NCBI RefSeq assembly: GCF_001194135.2
Contig: NC_068981.1
Span: 41,474,748 to 41,538,747, forward strand
From: Octopus bimaculoides
Taxonomy: Eukaryota
Direction: 5' to 3'
Length of the DNA stretch: 64,000 nt
The notes under the pieces were generated by a model. It ran no database searches. It was given only the letters and a program-made list of their open reading frames with translations, and was not told where the DNA came from. Positions 54,901-64,000 of the stretch are shown here, one piece after another. Position 1 is the first letter of the stretch, and the number at the start of each line of letters is the position of its first letter. Made by a program: the position numbers and the translations under genes.

Positions 54901-57900
54901 CATTTTAAAGTTATTCAATCAAAACTACTATAGTAACTACTCCCAAGAGGTCACATGCTCATAGATGTTCAATTATTTATTTCTCAATACATGTGTGTGT
55001 GTGTGTGTGTGTGTGTATTGCATATGCAAATTAGTGTTTATAATGTTTAATATCATTTTTCATTAGAAATTTTAATAGTTTATTCATTCACAATTTAACT
55101 TGCTTGTCTCAAAATTACTCCTAATTAAATATAATATAAAATACTTATACATGTAACTTTCTATCACAGCTGACTGTGAAATAAAAGCAAAACTTGTTTT
55201 TTATCAGATAGAGTTATATATCTTATTCAGGTGTTCTTTAGTGAATTGAAAATTTGAACTTCTGATCATGCCATCCTCCCATTACTCTCATCATCATCAT
55301 CATCATTTAACGTCCACTTTCCATGCTAGCATGGGTTGGACGATTTGACTGAGGACTGGTGAAACTGGATGGCAACACCAGGCTCCACTCTATTTTCTAT
55401 ATTTTCCAAAAATTTCAATTAACTGATTTCATTAGTTATATTCCTTGCTTTATTTTTGTAGACTTTGAGCACTTTCACAGGAATTGTTTTTTACTAATTG
55501 CATAGTTAATGAAAGCATTTTTAAAAAATCTCTCTACATACGAGACACAACTATATAATAAATCATGTGGCTTACTGATCCAGCATTTTAATTTCCTATT
55601 ATTCATTCATAGACACATATGTGTATCTGTACATGCATGCATAAATCATTTAAAGGACAAAAGAAATATAGTAAATAAAATACTAACTCTGAACCTCTCA
55701 TTCAAAACTGCTCTGAAATAGAAATAAAAAAGATTTTTAAATAACATAACTATAAAGAGGAAAAAATTCATTTCAGTGCATAGAAATAAGAGCAAAATAC
55801 AACAATCAGTATATTTTGAATTCAAAATCTAGAATTTCTCCATTCTGAGCAGTTATTCTATTGACATTTTGGTCATTGTATTCTCATATAAATAATGAAA
55901 TTAAGAATATTTTTATCGATGTTCAGGCAACTCTGATTGAGTACACATACATCTAAAGGTATAACCAGCTCATTCTTTTCAAATATAGTATATTTACGAC
56001 CACATTAATTGTGCCTTTCTCTCATTGCCTCTTCCAAAGTATCAGTTGATCTACTCTGCTACAAGTACTTTCCACAGCATTTTTGACACACAGTAGGTGT
56101 CTTCTGTAGGTTTAGTATTATATAATCATAACAGTGTTTACTGCTCCTTCACACATTAGCCGATACCTTTATTGCTAATACATTCTTAATTTTTCATGCA
56201 AGCCAATGTTACATTTCCAATGGCTCATAGCAGTTTCATTTCCCTGAAGCCTCAACACACCTTCCACATTAAATGCTCACATCTCATCATGCAGCATCAC
56301 ACTCTTTATCCAAATGCTTCATAAAGTATAGTCTTTACAGTAACTAATCATTTATATAATATAAACTATCTTCTATAACTAAGAAATCATTTGACTAATT
56401 CATGGACTTCATTTCACTGCTGCCTATTTCTGTACAGGTAGCACAACTCAAGTTTTCATTTTGATATCCTGACAGAGGTAACACTGCATATGCTCTATAA
56501 AAATCATTTGTACTGAGTACATAGAATTATAGTAACGAACAGATGACTAACTATATAACTTACCTTTCCTGAAAAAACAACCTAAACTACAGCATAATAT
56601 GTCACTCTAAGGCTTTAAATCTATTTAAATATATATAAATATGATGACACAATATGTATAAACAATGTTTCATGATAGGCTATTCTTTAAAATTTGCCAT
56701 TACTGAAACAGAAAAGGTATCTTGCTAACATATTTTTTCAGATTGTATATTACATGTGAGAGCTATTTGCTCTGCAAGTTAGTTTGGCCATACCTGATGT
56801 AGATAGTTAATTAAAATATGAAGTATGGGAATATTAAAAAGAATAGCCATAATGGGTTCTATCAAATAACAAAAACAGTCAAGATAATTGATACTTACTT
56901 TCTCATACAAAACAAAGATGACACGACAGTTGTGCTAGAGACCAAAAAGTCAGGATTAATGACAAGTAACCCTGTTTCATCAGTTATGTGATAAACACCA
57001 GCTGAATCAATGCTGGCATCAAGAACATGGACAATATCACCTACAGCAGCATAGCTATAACACCTGGTAAAATACAATGCCATTAGAGATACTAAATTAG
57101 ACACTGATATTGTAGTTTAAAAAATATTAATAATTTACTTTGAAGGTAATTATTTGAAAAAAAGATTGAATTTATAATCCAGGCAATTGCAGATATATAT
57201 ATATATATATATATTATAGCCAAAGTTTTGTTTAATTGTTAATATTTAATAGAAATTTTGATCAATAATAAATATTTAATAGGAATTAATATATTACAAA
57301 CTTCACTACTGATTTTCAAATTATGTGTGAAAGTACGCTCAAGTTTGAGATTTTTTGATATTGTTTTATTAAATGAGAAATCAAAGGATGACTGAAATCG
57401 ATTGGAATTGAACCAAGAGCTTGTTTATTAACTGATGCGAATGTGTTAAGCCCTATCATGTCAGCATCAACAAATGAGACACATAATAATTACCATATGT
57501 AACAATTGCAGCTATAAATATATTATCTAATCAGCATCATCATGTGATATATATATATATGTCCTACCCATGCCAGCATCGAAAATAGATGTATAATGAT
57601 GATGGTGTGCGTGTGTATGCTTGTGTCTTCTTGTCTTGACATCACCTTATAGTTGTAAATCAGTGTCAGTCATACAAGCAGTGTCATTCATTACCAATAT
57701 TCTACAAAAACAAGTCTGGGCATGTAGAAATATTACATTGTTTGGAAACAGGTAAGGGTTGACAACAGGAAGGGCATTTGTTTATAAAAAATCTGTCTCC
57801 ATAAATGTATGACCCATACAACCATGGAAAAGTGGACACTAAAAGTGTGTGTGTGTGCGCGTGTGCATGTTACTGTCTCCTTGCCTTGACTTCATGTGAT

Positions 57901-58283
57901 AGTTGTAAAATGAGTATCACCATCAGGCAAGTAGTAACCTTCATTTCTAATCTTCTGTGAAAACATCTGCTCGTGATAAAATATTAGCTTACTTGGAAAC
58001 ATGTGGGAGTTGGTAACAGGAGGGGCATGCAGCTTTATAAAATCCTCCTCAACAAATTCTATCTGACCAACTCAAGCATGGAAAGGCAGACATTAAAACA
58101 ATGATTATATATATATATATATATATATATNNNNNNNNNNGTGGCTGTGTGGTAAGTAGCTTGCTTACCAACCACATGCTTCTGGGTTCAGTCCCACTGC
58201 GTGACACCTTGGGCAAGTGTCTTCTACTATAGCCACGGACCGACCAAAGCCTTGAGTGGATATGGTAGACAGAAACTGAAAGA

Positions 58284-58332
<49 letters not shown>

Positions 58333-61300
58333 GTGTCTATGTATGTGTGTCTATGTATGTATGTGTGTATGTATGCGTGCATGTGTTTGTCCCTCCATCA
58401 TCGCTTGACAACTGATGCTTGTATGTTTATGGTTCAGCAAAAGTGACCAATAGAATAAGTATTACGCTTACAAAAAATAAGCCCTGGGGTCGATTTACTT
58501 GACTAAAAGTGGAGCCCCAGCATGGCCACAGTCAAATGACTGAAACAAGTAAAAGAATAAATAAATATATATATAAACAACTTAGAAATTACATACCAAA
58601 AACCATGTAGCATACATGAAATTGCGTGATCTTGGTTGGTCAAAACCAACTCAATATCTTGTCTGAAAGAAACAAATAAATATCTAGGTGTTAACATTTT
58701 AAAATATTATCAGGTGGGCAGTAAGAAAGTTGGTTTCAAAGAAAATACACAATGAGAAAGCATTCAATAATCTTAGAAGAATATTAAGGAGATGATGATG
58801 ATAAACAGCATTATAGGATGGACAGGTTAGCAAAATGTCATTTTTTCATGAATCTCAAACCTACTTGCACCACTGCATTTATGAGATCCAACAATTTTTG
58901 AGACTATATTAAGTATAGTTAAGACAGACTTACTAGAAGATAAGAATAATTAAGTAATAAAAGTATTAACCAATATATAGCTGAGGAACAAGTGCATGAA
59001 TAAAAATGATGGCTAAGGAATGTACAACTCTTGTTATGCTGGTAAAATTATTTTAACAGAGAGATCAAAGGCTTGAGAAAAAGCTGGAATAAATATTGGA
59101 CCTCACAGATAATCAAGTTTCATGAGAAAATTATTATATAACAATGCAGTTTATCATGGTTAAAAGTAAACATAAAAATGATGATTATGGTGGCAGCAGT
59201 GGTGATAACAATGACAATGGTTTATCAGATATATTTAGAAATACCAGTTTCAAATTATGGCACAAAGCCAGCAATTGGGGGGGGGGGAGTCAACCTTAGT
59301 GAAACTTGATCTCAGAACGTAAAGACAGACAAAATGCTGCTAAGCATTCTACCAGGCATGTTAATGATCCTGCCAGCTCACTGCCTTGATATATTTAGAA
59401 TATCGAGTGAAATCGTTGCCAGTGCCATTTTGAGTGTGGCTGTTGCCAGTACTGCCTGACTGGCCTTCGTGCCAGTGGCACATAAAAGCACCCACTACAC
59501 TCTCTGAGTGGTTGGCGTTAGGAAGGGCATCCAGCTGTAGAAACTCTGCCAAATCAGATTGGAGCCTGGTGTAGCCAACTGGTTTCACCAGTCCTCAGTC
59601 AAATTGTCCAACCCATGCTAGCATGGAAAGTGGACGTTAAACGATGATGATGATGATGATGATGACGATGATTAACTCTCCAAATTCTTGATTACTTACC
59701 CTTGATATTTGACATCATTGACTTGGTAGCGATTATATAATGAACACACAGGAGAACAAGTCAGTGGATTATCTTTGGAACTGAAAACAATAAATCATGA
59801 GTAATAATAGAACAGTAATCAAAATTCAAAATAGAAAGGAGAAAAGCTGATATAAAAGAAAAATTAACATACGTTTTTGTTTTAGATTTAAAAGGAGAAA
59901 GATTTTTTATATCATCACAGAATTCATCATCAGATGCTGTTGACTTGGGCACATCATCAAAGTCAAATGATGAATTCCACTGAGAAAGTTCAATATTTTC
60001 TTCTTCATCAAGTTTGCTTTGTGGTTCTGAGGAAATATTGTTATTGCTCACAGAAGAAATATGTTTTATGTTGGGAACTGGAGAGAATGAGGTAGGCGAG
60101 TTAGGTTTGTCCTGAATGTGTTTCAAATTAACATCCACTAAATTTGCATTATCATTTTTACTAGTATCATTCAGACTAATACCACTGGATCTTTGCATAT
60201 TTACATCATTGGAATGATTATGTTTCATATCTGGAGAAATATTACTTTGAATATGGTTAGGGTTAATGAGGTTGTTTGATAATCCCTTATCACTGGAATT
60301 TATTTCTTTAAGAATTTCAGATAATATTTCATTATCATTAATAACAGATCCATTTTCAATACGAGGTTCACTTTTTGAAATTTTTTCCATATTAATCTTT
60401 ACTTCAGTCATAACTTGTTTTCCTTTAGATAAGTTTTGGCTTTTAGCAACAGGAATTTCTGCGAGAATTTCAGACAGAAATGTATCATTTGTATTATTTA
60501 GTTTTTTAGGAACCATATCTTTTTTTGCACCCAACCAATTAAACACTTTATTTTCAGTATTACTACCATCATTTTTTCTCAAAGTAGAAACACTTAAATT
60601 ATTTTTAACATTAGATTTTTTAAGTTCATTACAAGCACTCAAATTCTTTGGAAAATTTTGAACTGGGCTTTTTAAAGAATCATTTTGCTCCCAAACATCA
60701 TTTGGGTCCGGGTTTAAATTTTCCCACATAGCTAACTGCTCATCTGAATAGGCTTCACTTAAACTGTGATCTTCTAGCGTATTGTTTTCATTATCATCAC
60801 TATTATCAAGAAATAAATTAGATAACTCAATGCTACATCCAGTATTAAGTGATAGTCCAGTTTTATTTAATTCACTGCTGAGGGAACGTTTTGATAATGG
60901 TGAACAACCTGGAACTGCTAACCGTTTAACAGATGTTCCTGACAAACCAGTGTAATTTTTTACAGGGGTCAGAGGTTTATTAATTGGTTCTGCTAATTTC
61001 AGTGTAGTATATTCTACAATACTGTCTTTTTTCTGTAGTGATTCAACCTTCTTCATAGATTTCTTTGAAATTTTAGACTTTAGTTTACTTTTACAATCTG
61101 CTTTTTTATTTATTCGGTTTTCCACTGTATTTTTTAAATCAGAAGAGGAAGAAAGAAAACTGCGTGCAAAAGATTTTTTTTGTATTCTCTCAAGAGTATC
61201 TGAATAATGACTAGTTTCAGGCTGCTTTGCAAATATTGGAGAATTAGATTTTTCAGGAAAATTAGAAATGTTATGGTTAGGAGAAACAGAGCAAGAAAAT

Positions 61301-62642
61301 ATTTCCATTTCAGACTTTTCTTCGCTTCCTGGAATGTCTGTATTATGTTGAGGAGAGTTTTGAACAAATTTTCCAATGCCATCAAATACATTTGCTTTTT
61401 TGATACAAATTTCTTTAACTGGTGTTTCAAGAATAATGTTGGAATCATCAAGATTAACAGTTTCTGCATTCATAGATTCTGACAGACTGGAACAACTTAG
61501 CAGAGGATGTATACTGGAAGTAGTTAAATTATCAGACGCATCGTCATTCTTTGTACAGGTCGGATGATGAGAGACTTCGGAAATTTCATCTGATTTGTGA
61601 AGATGAGCAGTTTCCTCTTTTACTGATTTCAATATGCCTGAAGTAGTTGGGAGAGGATATGGACCAAAATTAGTTAAATCATCAAAAACAGGAGATTTTT
61701 TAGAACAAGATCCTTCAGGTTGTATATCAGGAATTGTATTTGATTCATTAATGTCTGTGATTTTCTGTTTTTGACTACCATACATTTTAAACAACAATGG
61801 ATCAGTGGAGGTCTGACATGAAATAGGTGGCTTTTTGGTACTTTTAGAAATTTCTGTTTGGTCGCATGCTTTAAATTGACTATTTGTGAAATTTTCTGGT
61901 TGTTCTGCCACATAAACAGTTGAGGCCTTTTTTGACAGCCGTAATCGATTTTTGAAATTTGGTTTTCCAACACCAGAAAACATGCTTTTATTTGAATTAT
62001 TCTGAAAACAAAATAAAGATAATTTCTTTTATTTCTTATATGATCAACAAATAGAACATTACAATACAATATAAAGATACATGGAATGAAGTTATATGTG
62101 TGTGTGTGTGTGCATACAGGATGCAATGGGTAAATTGTTGGCCTTTTATAATTTTAATTTCGCATATTGTTTATTTTTGATTTTGTCGGCTACACAGTAT
62201 GGTGGGTGTCAGTTGGGCACCGTCTGTGAGAAAACCAGCACCATAAAGCAATTCACTCTGCCAGAAATTTGGAAACAACATGCTGTACTGCTTGACATTC
62301 GCACCAGAAGCTCCAATACAAACAGATGGTGAACACACAGAACTGTTGGCTTGCCATGTCCCCAAAACATGTACTGAGAATGATAAAAATCAAACATCCA
62401 GTCAACATCATGGAGTTTGGAGCGATCACTAGTGATGGTGACATTATTCATCTTCCCACATGGCTTCAGACTCAACAGGGTGGCTGCTGGAAGACCCTAT
62501 GTCTGGCAACAGGATTCTGCACCATGCCACACATGACCTCAATATTCTGATAATGATACAATAAAGTGCAAAACGTGAAATTGGATACATATTAAATGCT
62601 GTGCCTTACCATAAAAAATGAAATTTTTGGCTGGCTGGAATC
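23713..62642 (-). CDS. DNA2: DNA replication ATP-dependent helicase/nuclease DNA2; 31 coding exons, 5193 nt (about 1730 aa), 5' end probably outside window
   Basis: Nuclease motifs [33 protein letters not shown]; Fe-S cysteines (FCMRK; [10 protein letters not shown]); SF1 helicase motifs [72 protein letters not shown]. All exon phases chain in frame to TGA at 23713-23715. Confidence 0.96.
23749..25044 (-). other. U12-type (minor spliceosome) AT-AC intron, 1296 nt
   Basis: 5' |ATATCCTTT; branch site TTTCTTTAAC (23767-23758) about 10 nt before the terminal AC; in-frame junction. Confidence 0.92.
25045..25191 (-). CDS. DNA2: DNA2 penultimate exon ([19 protein letters not shown]...QRQL)
   Basis: Motif VI; ends at a U12 donor CTT|ATATCCTTT. 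Confidence 0.93.
26258..26467 (-). CDS. DNA2: DNA2 exon ([11 protein letters not shown]...[11 protein letters not shown]...)
   Basis: Helicase motif V; ttttag|...|gtaagt. Confidence 0.95.
27076..27168 (-). CDS. DNA2: DNA2 exon (VPAPE...NNIEAQLI...)
   Basis: ttctag|...ACG|gtaagt. Confidence 0.92.
28640..28720 (-). CDS. DNA2: DNA2 exon (KSNLPSWML...VLFLNTKM)
   Basis: ttacag|...ATG|gtattt. Confidence 0.88.
29610..29715 (-). CDS. DNA2: DNA2 exon ([18 protein letters not shown]...)
   Basis: ttgcag|...AGG|gtgtgt; donor inferred from phase. Confidence 0.87.
30758..30844 (-). CDS. DNA2: DNA2 exon (SLGMDKSLF...QYRMN)
   Basis: tttcag|...AG|gtaatg. Confidence 0.93.
32037..32236 (-). CDS. DNA2: DNA2 exon (VVATTC...IIDESSQ...[10 protein letters not shown]...)
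   Basis: Walker B and motif III; ccccag|...AA|gtaaat. Confidence 0.95.
32999..33127 (-). CDS. DNA2: DNA2 exon ([16 protein letters not shown]...)
   Basis: tttttag|...|gtaaga. Confidence 0.92.
34364..34479 (-). CDS. DNA2: DNA2 exon (GKTSTI...[15 protein letters not shown])
   Basis: Walker A second half and motif Ia; tttcag|...|gtatgt. Confidence 0.94.
34582..34630 (-). CDS. DNA2: DNA2 exon ([16 protein letters not shown])
   Basis: Walker A first half; ttctag|...G|gtaggt. Confidence 0.92.
35848..35900 (-). CDS. DNA2: DNA2 exon ([17 protein letters not shown])
   Basis: Q-motif LNxxQ; ttttag|...AAG|gtgaat. Confidence 0.9.
36860..37210 (+). mobile_element. LINE reverse transcriptase remnant
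   Basis: [13 protein letters not shown] and [17 protein letters not shown] resemble RT motifs DFSKAFDS and LF..viDWVM. Confidence 0.6.
37371..37450 (-). CDS. DNA2: DNA2 exon ([13 protein letters not shown]...)
   Basis: ttttcag|...G|gtaaga. Confidence 0.9.
37950..38072 (-). CDS. DNA2: DNA2 exon (...FKVDK...NNLITLM...)
   Basis: ttccag|...AG|gtaaaa. Confidence 0.88.
38817..38935. repeat. (CA)n/(TA)n microsatellite; other tracts near 970, 5955, 51880, 57190, 58105
   Basis: Direct inspection. Confidence 0.95.
40125..40274 (-). CDS. DNA2: DNA2 exon (...HDSVAISVE...RGYI...MCD)
   Basis: ttccag|...AG|gtatga. Confidence 0.88.
40382..40740 (+). mobile_element. Copy of the abundant (CAT)n-flanked retroposon repeat
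   Basis: catcatc-gtttaac...ttccatgctagcatgggttggacg...ggatgcccttcctaatgccaaccactc. Other copies near 8334-8520, 30253-30560, 55289-55395, 63385-63630 (+) and 11830-11990, 29770-29990, 47200-47545, 59400-59670 (-). Confidence 0.85.
40956..41060 (-). CDS. DNA2: DNA2 exon ([10 protein letters not shown]...)
   Basis: atttcag|...AA|gtaaga. Confidence 0.88.
41290..41760 (-). mobile_element. CR1/L2-type LINE 3' fragment
   Basis: [12 protein letters not shown]...[15 protein letters not shown] matches the CR1 tail TRGH..K...FFS.RV...WN.LP. Confidence 0.8.
41790..42000 (+). mobile_element. RTE LINE internal fragment
   Basis: [34 protein letters not shown]. Confidence 0.7.
42117..42302 (-). CDS. DNA2: DNA2 exon (FSSDVEN...[13 protein letters not shown]...DIW...)
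   Basis: ttccag|...AG|gtttgt; acceptor chosen to fit phase 2. Confidence 0.87.
42577..42748 (-). CDS. DNA2: DNA2 exon (LIQLRNE...[10 protein letters not shown]...)
   Basis: CxxCxxxxxC Fe-S ligands; aacag|...|gtaagt. Confidence 0.93.
44624..44744 (-). CDS. DNA2: DNA2 exon ([11 protein letters not shown]...GLLLYLK...)
   Basis: ttccag|...G|gtataa. Confidence 0.93.
45347..45427 (-). CDS. DNA2: DNA2 exon (...VPLELKTG...EHKGQ)
   Basis: ExK nuclease motif; caacag|...CAG|gtaata. Confidence 0.93.
46816..46858 (-). CDS. DNA2: DNA2 exon ([14 protein letters not shown])
   Basis: Catalytic Asp motif; ctgtag|...|gtaagt. Confidence 0.93.
47200..47545 (-). mobile_element. CpG-rich (probably young) copy of the (CAT)n-flanked retroposon with internal modular repeats
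   Basis: Reverse complement of the 40382 family; repeated gttgccagt...gactggc modules. Confidence 0.85.
48696..49569 (+). mobile_element. Internally deleted mariner transposon with both TIRs
   Basis: TIRs TAAGAGGTGGTATCAAAAAGTTCCTGG / CCAGGAACATGTTGATACCACCTCATA; remnants [39 protein letters not shown]...[16 protein letters not shown]...DYFE. Confidence 0.92.
50129..50197 (-). CDS. DNA2: DNA2 exon (...DIEENIWSP)
   Basis: Nuclease motif; ttcag|...AG|gtaagt. Confidence 0.93.
50902..51009 (-). CDS. DNA2: DNA2 exon (YGLGTDE...YIPNIVKW...)
   Basis: ttctag|...AG|gtaaga. Confidence 0.88.
52096..52181 (-). CDS. DNA2: DNA2 exon (VLRNKIFKE...ILHE)
   Basis: ctccag|...AT|gtaaga; phases fit. Confidence 0.82.
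54764..54826 (-). CDS. DNA2: DNA2 exon ([21 protein letters not shown])
   Basis: ttgcag|...GAG|gttagt. Confidence 0.9.
55688..55712 (-). CDS. DNA2: DNA2 microexon (25 nt, AVLNERFR)
   Basis: tatttcag|A GCA...AGA|gttagt; restores phase. Confidence 0.85.
55950..56330 (-). mobile_element. Old RTE LINE 3' remnant
   Basis: IKSVMLH...[13 protein letters not shown] resembles RSVMLYGSETW...RLERNEMSMLRWMC. Confidence 0.6.
56899..57063 (-). CDS. DNA2: DNA2 exon ([13 protein letters not shown]...[19 protein letters not shown])
   Basis: Canonical splice sites; contains first Fe-S Cys. Confidence 0.92.
58141..58560 (+). mobile_element. Second tRNA-derived SINE family with an internal (TG)n/(TATG)n tract
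   Basis: gtggctgtgtggtaag...ggttcagtcccactgcgtgacaccttgggcaagtgtcttctactatagcc; fragments elsewhere, e.g. 28330-28450(-). Confidence 0.8.
58597..58662 (-). CDS. DNA2: DNA2 exon (QDIELVL...CMLHGFW)
   Basis: tttcag|...TG|gtatgt. Confidence 0.85.
59400..59670 (-). mobile_element. (CAT)n-flanked retroposon copy about 30 nt from a DNA2 donor
   Basis: Reverse complement of the 63385-63630 copy, roughly 85-90% identical by eye. Confidence 0.87.
59700..59780 (-). CDS. DNA2: DNA2 exon (SKDNPLTC...[12 protein letters not shown])
   Basis: ttttcag|...GG|gtaagt; NRY motif near start of conserved core. Confidence 0.82.
59873..62001 (-). CDS. DNA2: DNA2 giant exon (2129 nt), S/N/K/E-rich N-terminal extension
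   Basis: ttgttttcag|AAT...AC|gtatgt; covers most of the 740-aa ORF-track ORF; phase 2 matches next exon. Confidence 0.85.
62200..62535 (+). mobile_element. Tc1/mariner-superfamily (maT/DD37D-like) transposase fragment
   Basis: [37 protein letters not shown] and [14 protein letters not shown]. Confidence 0.8.
62610..62642 (-). CDS. DNA2: DNA2 exon (33 nt, [11 protein letters not shown]); may be partly 5' UTR if its final ATG is the start codon
   Basis: ttcaatttag|GAT...ATG|gtaagg; in frame with next exon. Confidence 0.65.
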
Positions 62643-63119
62643 CTAAATTGAAAACAAATATATATTACAAAAAAGTTGAACATATTACAGGCAGCAAAAG
62701 TATAAACAGACTCAATATAATTAAGGTAGAAAATTAAGTTACATTTTCTATAATTAAGGTAGAAAATGTTTGTTGAAAACATTTCCATATTTATCTTTGT
62801 AGCACTCAATAACAATCTATTTCAAAATCTCCGAATATAATAATGAGCGTAGTGATCTTATATATATATTTGTCCAAAACCACATAGGAAGGAGGAGAAA
62901 TAGTAGTATAAATGAAGGGAGAGGAGAGAAAATAGTAATTCAGTAAAGGAGAAGTAGTGAGAGTAATAGCCCTGACTAAGAGGAGTGAGAGAAAGTAATA
63001 GCAATGAGAGAGAGGAAGTGGCAAAGAACGTGTCATGTATCTTGTTTTTCTCTGCCACAACGTATGAATGAGAAAAGAAGGGGTGATAGATGAATAACAA
63101 CGGAAGGGGTGAAAAAAAA

Positions 63120-64000
63120 AAATCAGTGTTTCAACTCTGTGTGAGTATATGTGTATGCAAAAGGGAGGTATGTGTATGTGGGTGCAATGGAAGTGGGATA
63201 GTGAACGATCAATGCTGAAAAGAAAAATCAAACAGCATTTCAACTCTGTGAGTATATGTGTGCATGTGTGTGCGCGAACAAGGGAGGTATGTGAATGTAT
63301 GTGAACATTCACAAGTGTATTAATTTGATTTACCATCCATATCTTCTGCTATAATAATACTCTTGTGTATTTCTCCATCACAATATCGTCATCATCATTG
63401 TTTAACGTCCGCTTTCCATGCTAGCATGGGTTGGACGATTTGACTGAGGACCGGCAGGCCAGAAGGCTGCACCAGGCTCCAATCTGATCTGGCAGAGTTT
63501 CTACAGCTGGATGCCCTTCCTAAAGCCAACCACTCCGAGAGTGTAGTGGGTGCTTTTACGTGCCACTGGCACGATGGCCAGTCACACGGTACTGGCAACA
63601 GCCATGCTCAAAAAGGTGTTTTTTACATGCCAGGAATAGGTGAAAGATGAATAAGGAAAGAATGGGTGATAAATGAATAAGGAAGGAAGGGGTGATAACA
63701 AACGTGATAGTGGGATAATGGAAGTTCTATGGTGAAAAAAAAAAAAAATCAAACAGCATTTCAACTCTGCGTGAGTATATGTGTATGTATATAAAAGGGG
63801 GTCATGTGAATGTGTGTGTGTGTGTGTGCAATGGAAGTGAACAAATAATGCTGAAAGGAAAACTCAGTGTTTCAACTCTGTGTGAGTATATGTGTATGTA
63901 TATAAAAGGGGGTCATGTGAATGTGTGTGTGTGTGCAATGGAAATGAACAAATAATGCTGAAAGGAAAACTCAGTGTTTCAACTCTGTGTGAGTATGTGT
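63120..64000. repeat. ~110-bp minisatellite array, interrupted by a retroposon, running off the window end
   Basis: Anchor tcaactctg at 63131, 63240, 63761, 63872 and 63979 (spacings 109, 111, 107). Confidence 0.85.

Noticed and set aside
60266-62126. Several 60-150 aa ORFs overlapping the giant exon
   Set aside because: Antisense or alternate-frame shadows of the DNA2 exon.
62806-63336. 176-aa hydrophobic ORF; similar one at 43215-43622
   Set aside because: Translation of purine-rich low-complexity repeat sequence.
63120-64000. Regularly spaced repeats, considered as CRISPR-like
   Set aside because: Whole units repeat with no unique spacers, and the context is eukaryotic.

Overview
AT-rich eukaryotic DNA with large introns, microsatellites and four N-gaps. 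The SINE, RTE and mariner repeat content looks like a coleoid cephalopod (Octopus-like); this is inferred from repeat style, not verified. Two protein genes converge tail-to-tail. (1) On +, the last three coding exons of sedoheptulokinase SHPK (17793-17968, 19898-20098, 21157-21563); I could not find its N-terminal exons in the window. (2) On -, DNA2 helicase/nuclease, traced by hand through 31 coding exons (62642 down to 23713; 5193 nt, about 1730 aa, phases consistent, 5' end probably outside the window). Most notable: the last DNA2 intron is a U12 AT-AC minor-spliceosome intron before a 36-nt terminal coding exon; DNA2 has a ~710-aa low-complexity N-terminal extension in one 2.1-kb exon; a decayed duplicate of part of an SHPK exon sits in the preceding intron; there is a 137-bp near-perfect hairpin and an unclassified MITE with GG termini and an 8-bp TSD. 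The rest is hAT, mariner, RTE and CR1 fossils and SINEs. I found no convincing wholly novel gene system.
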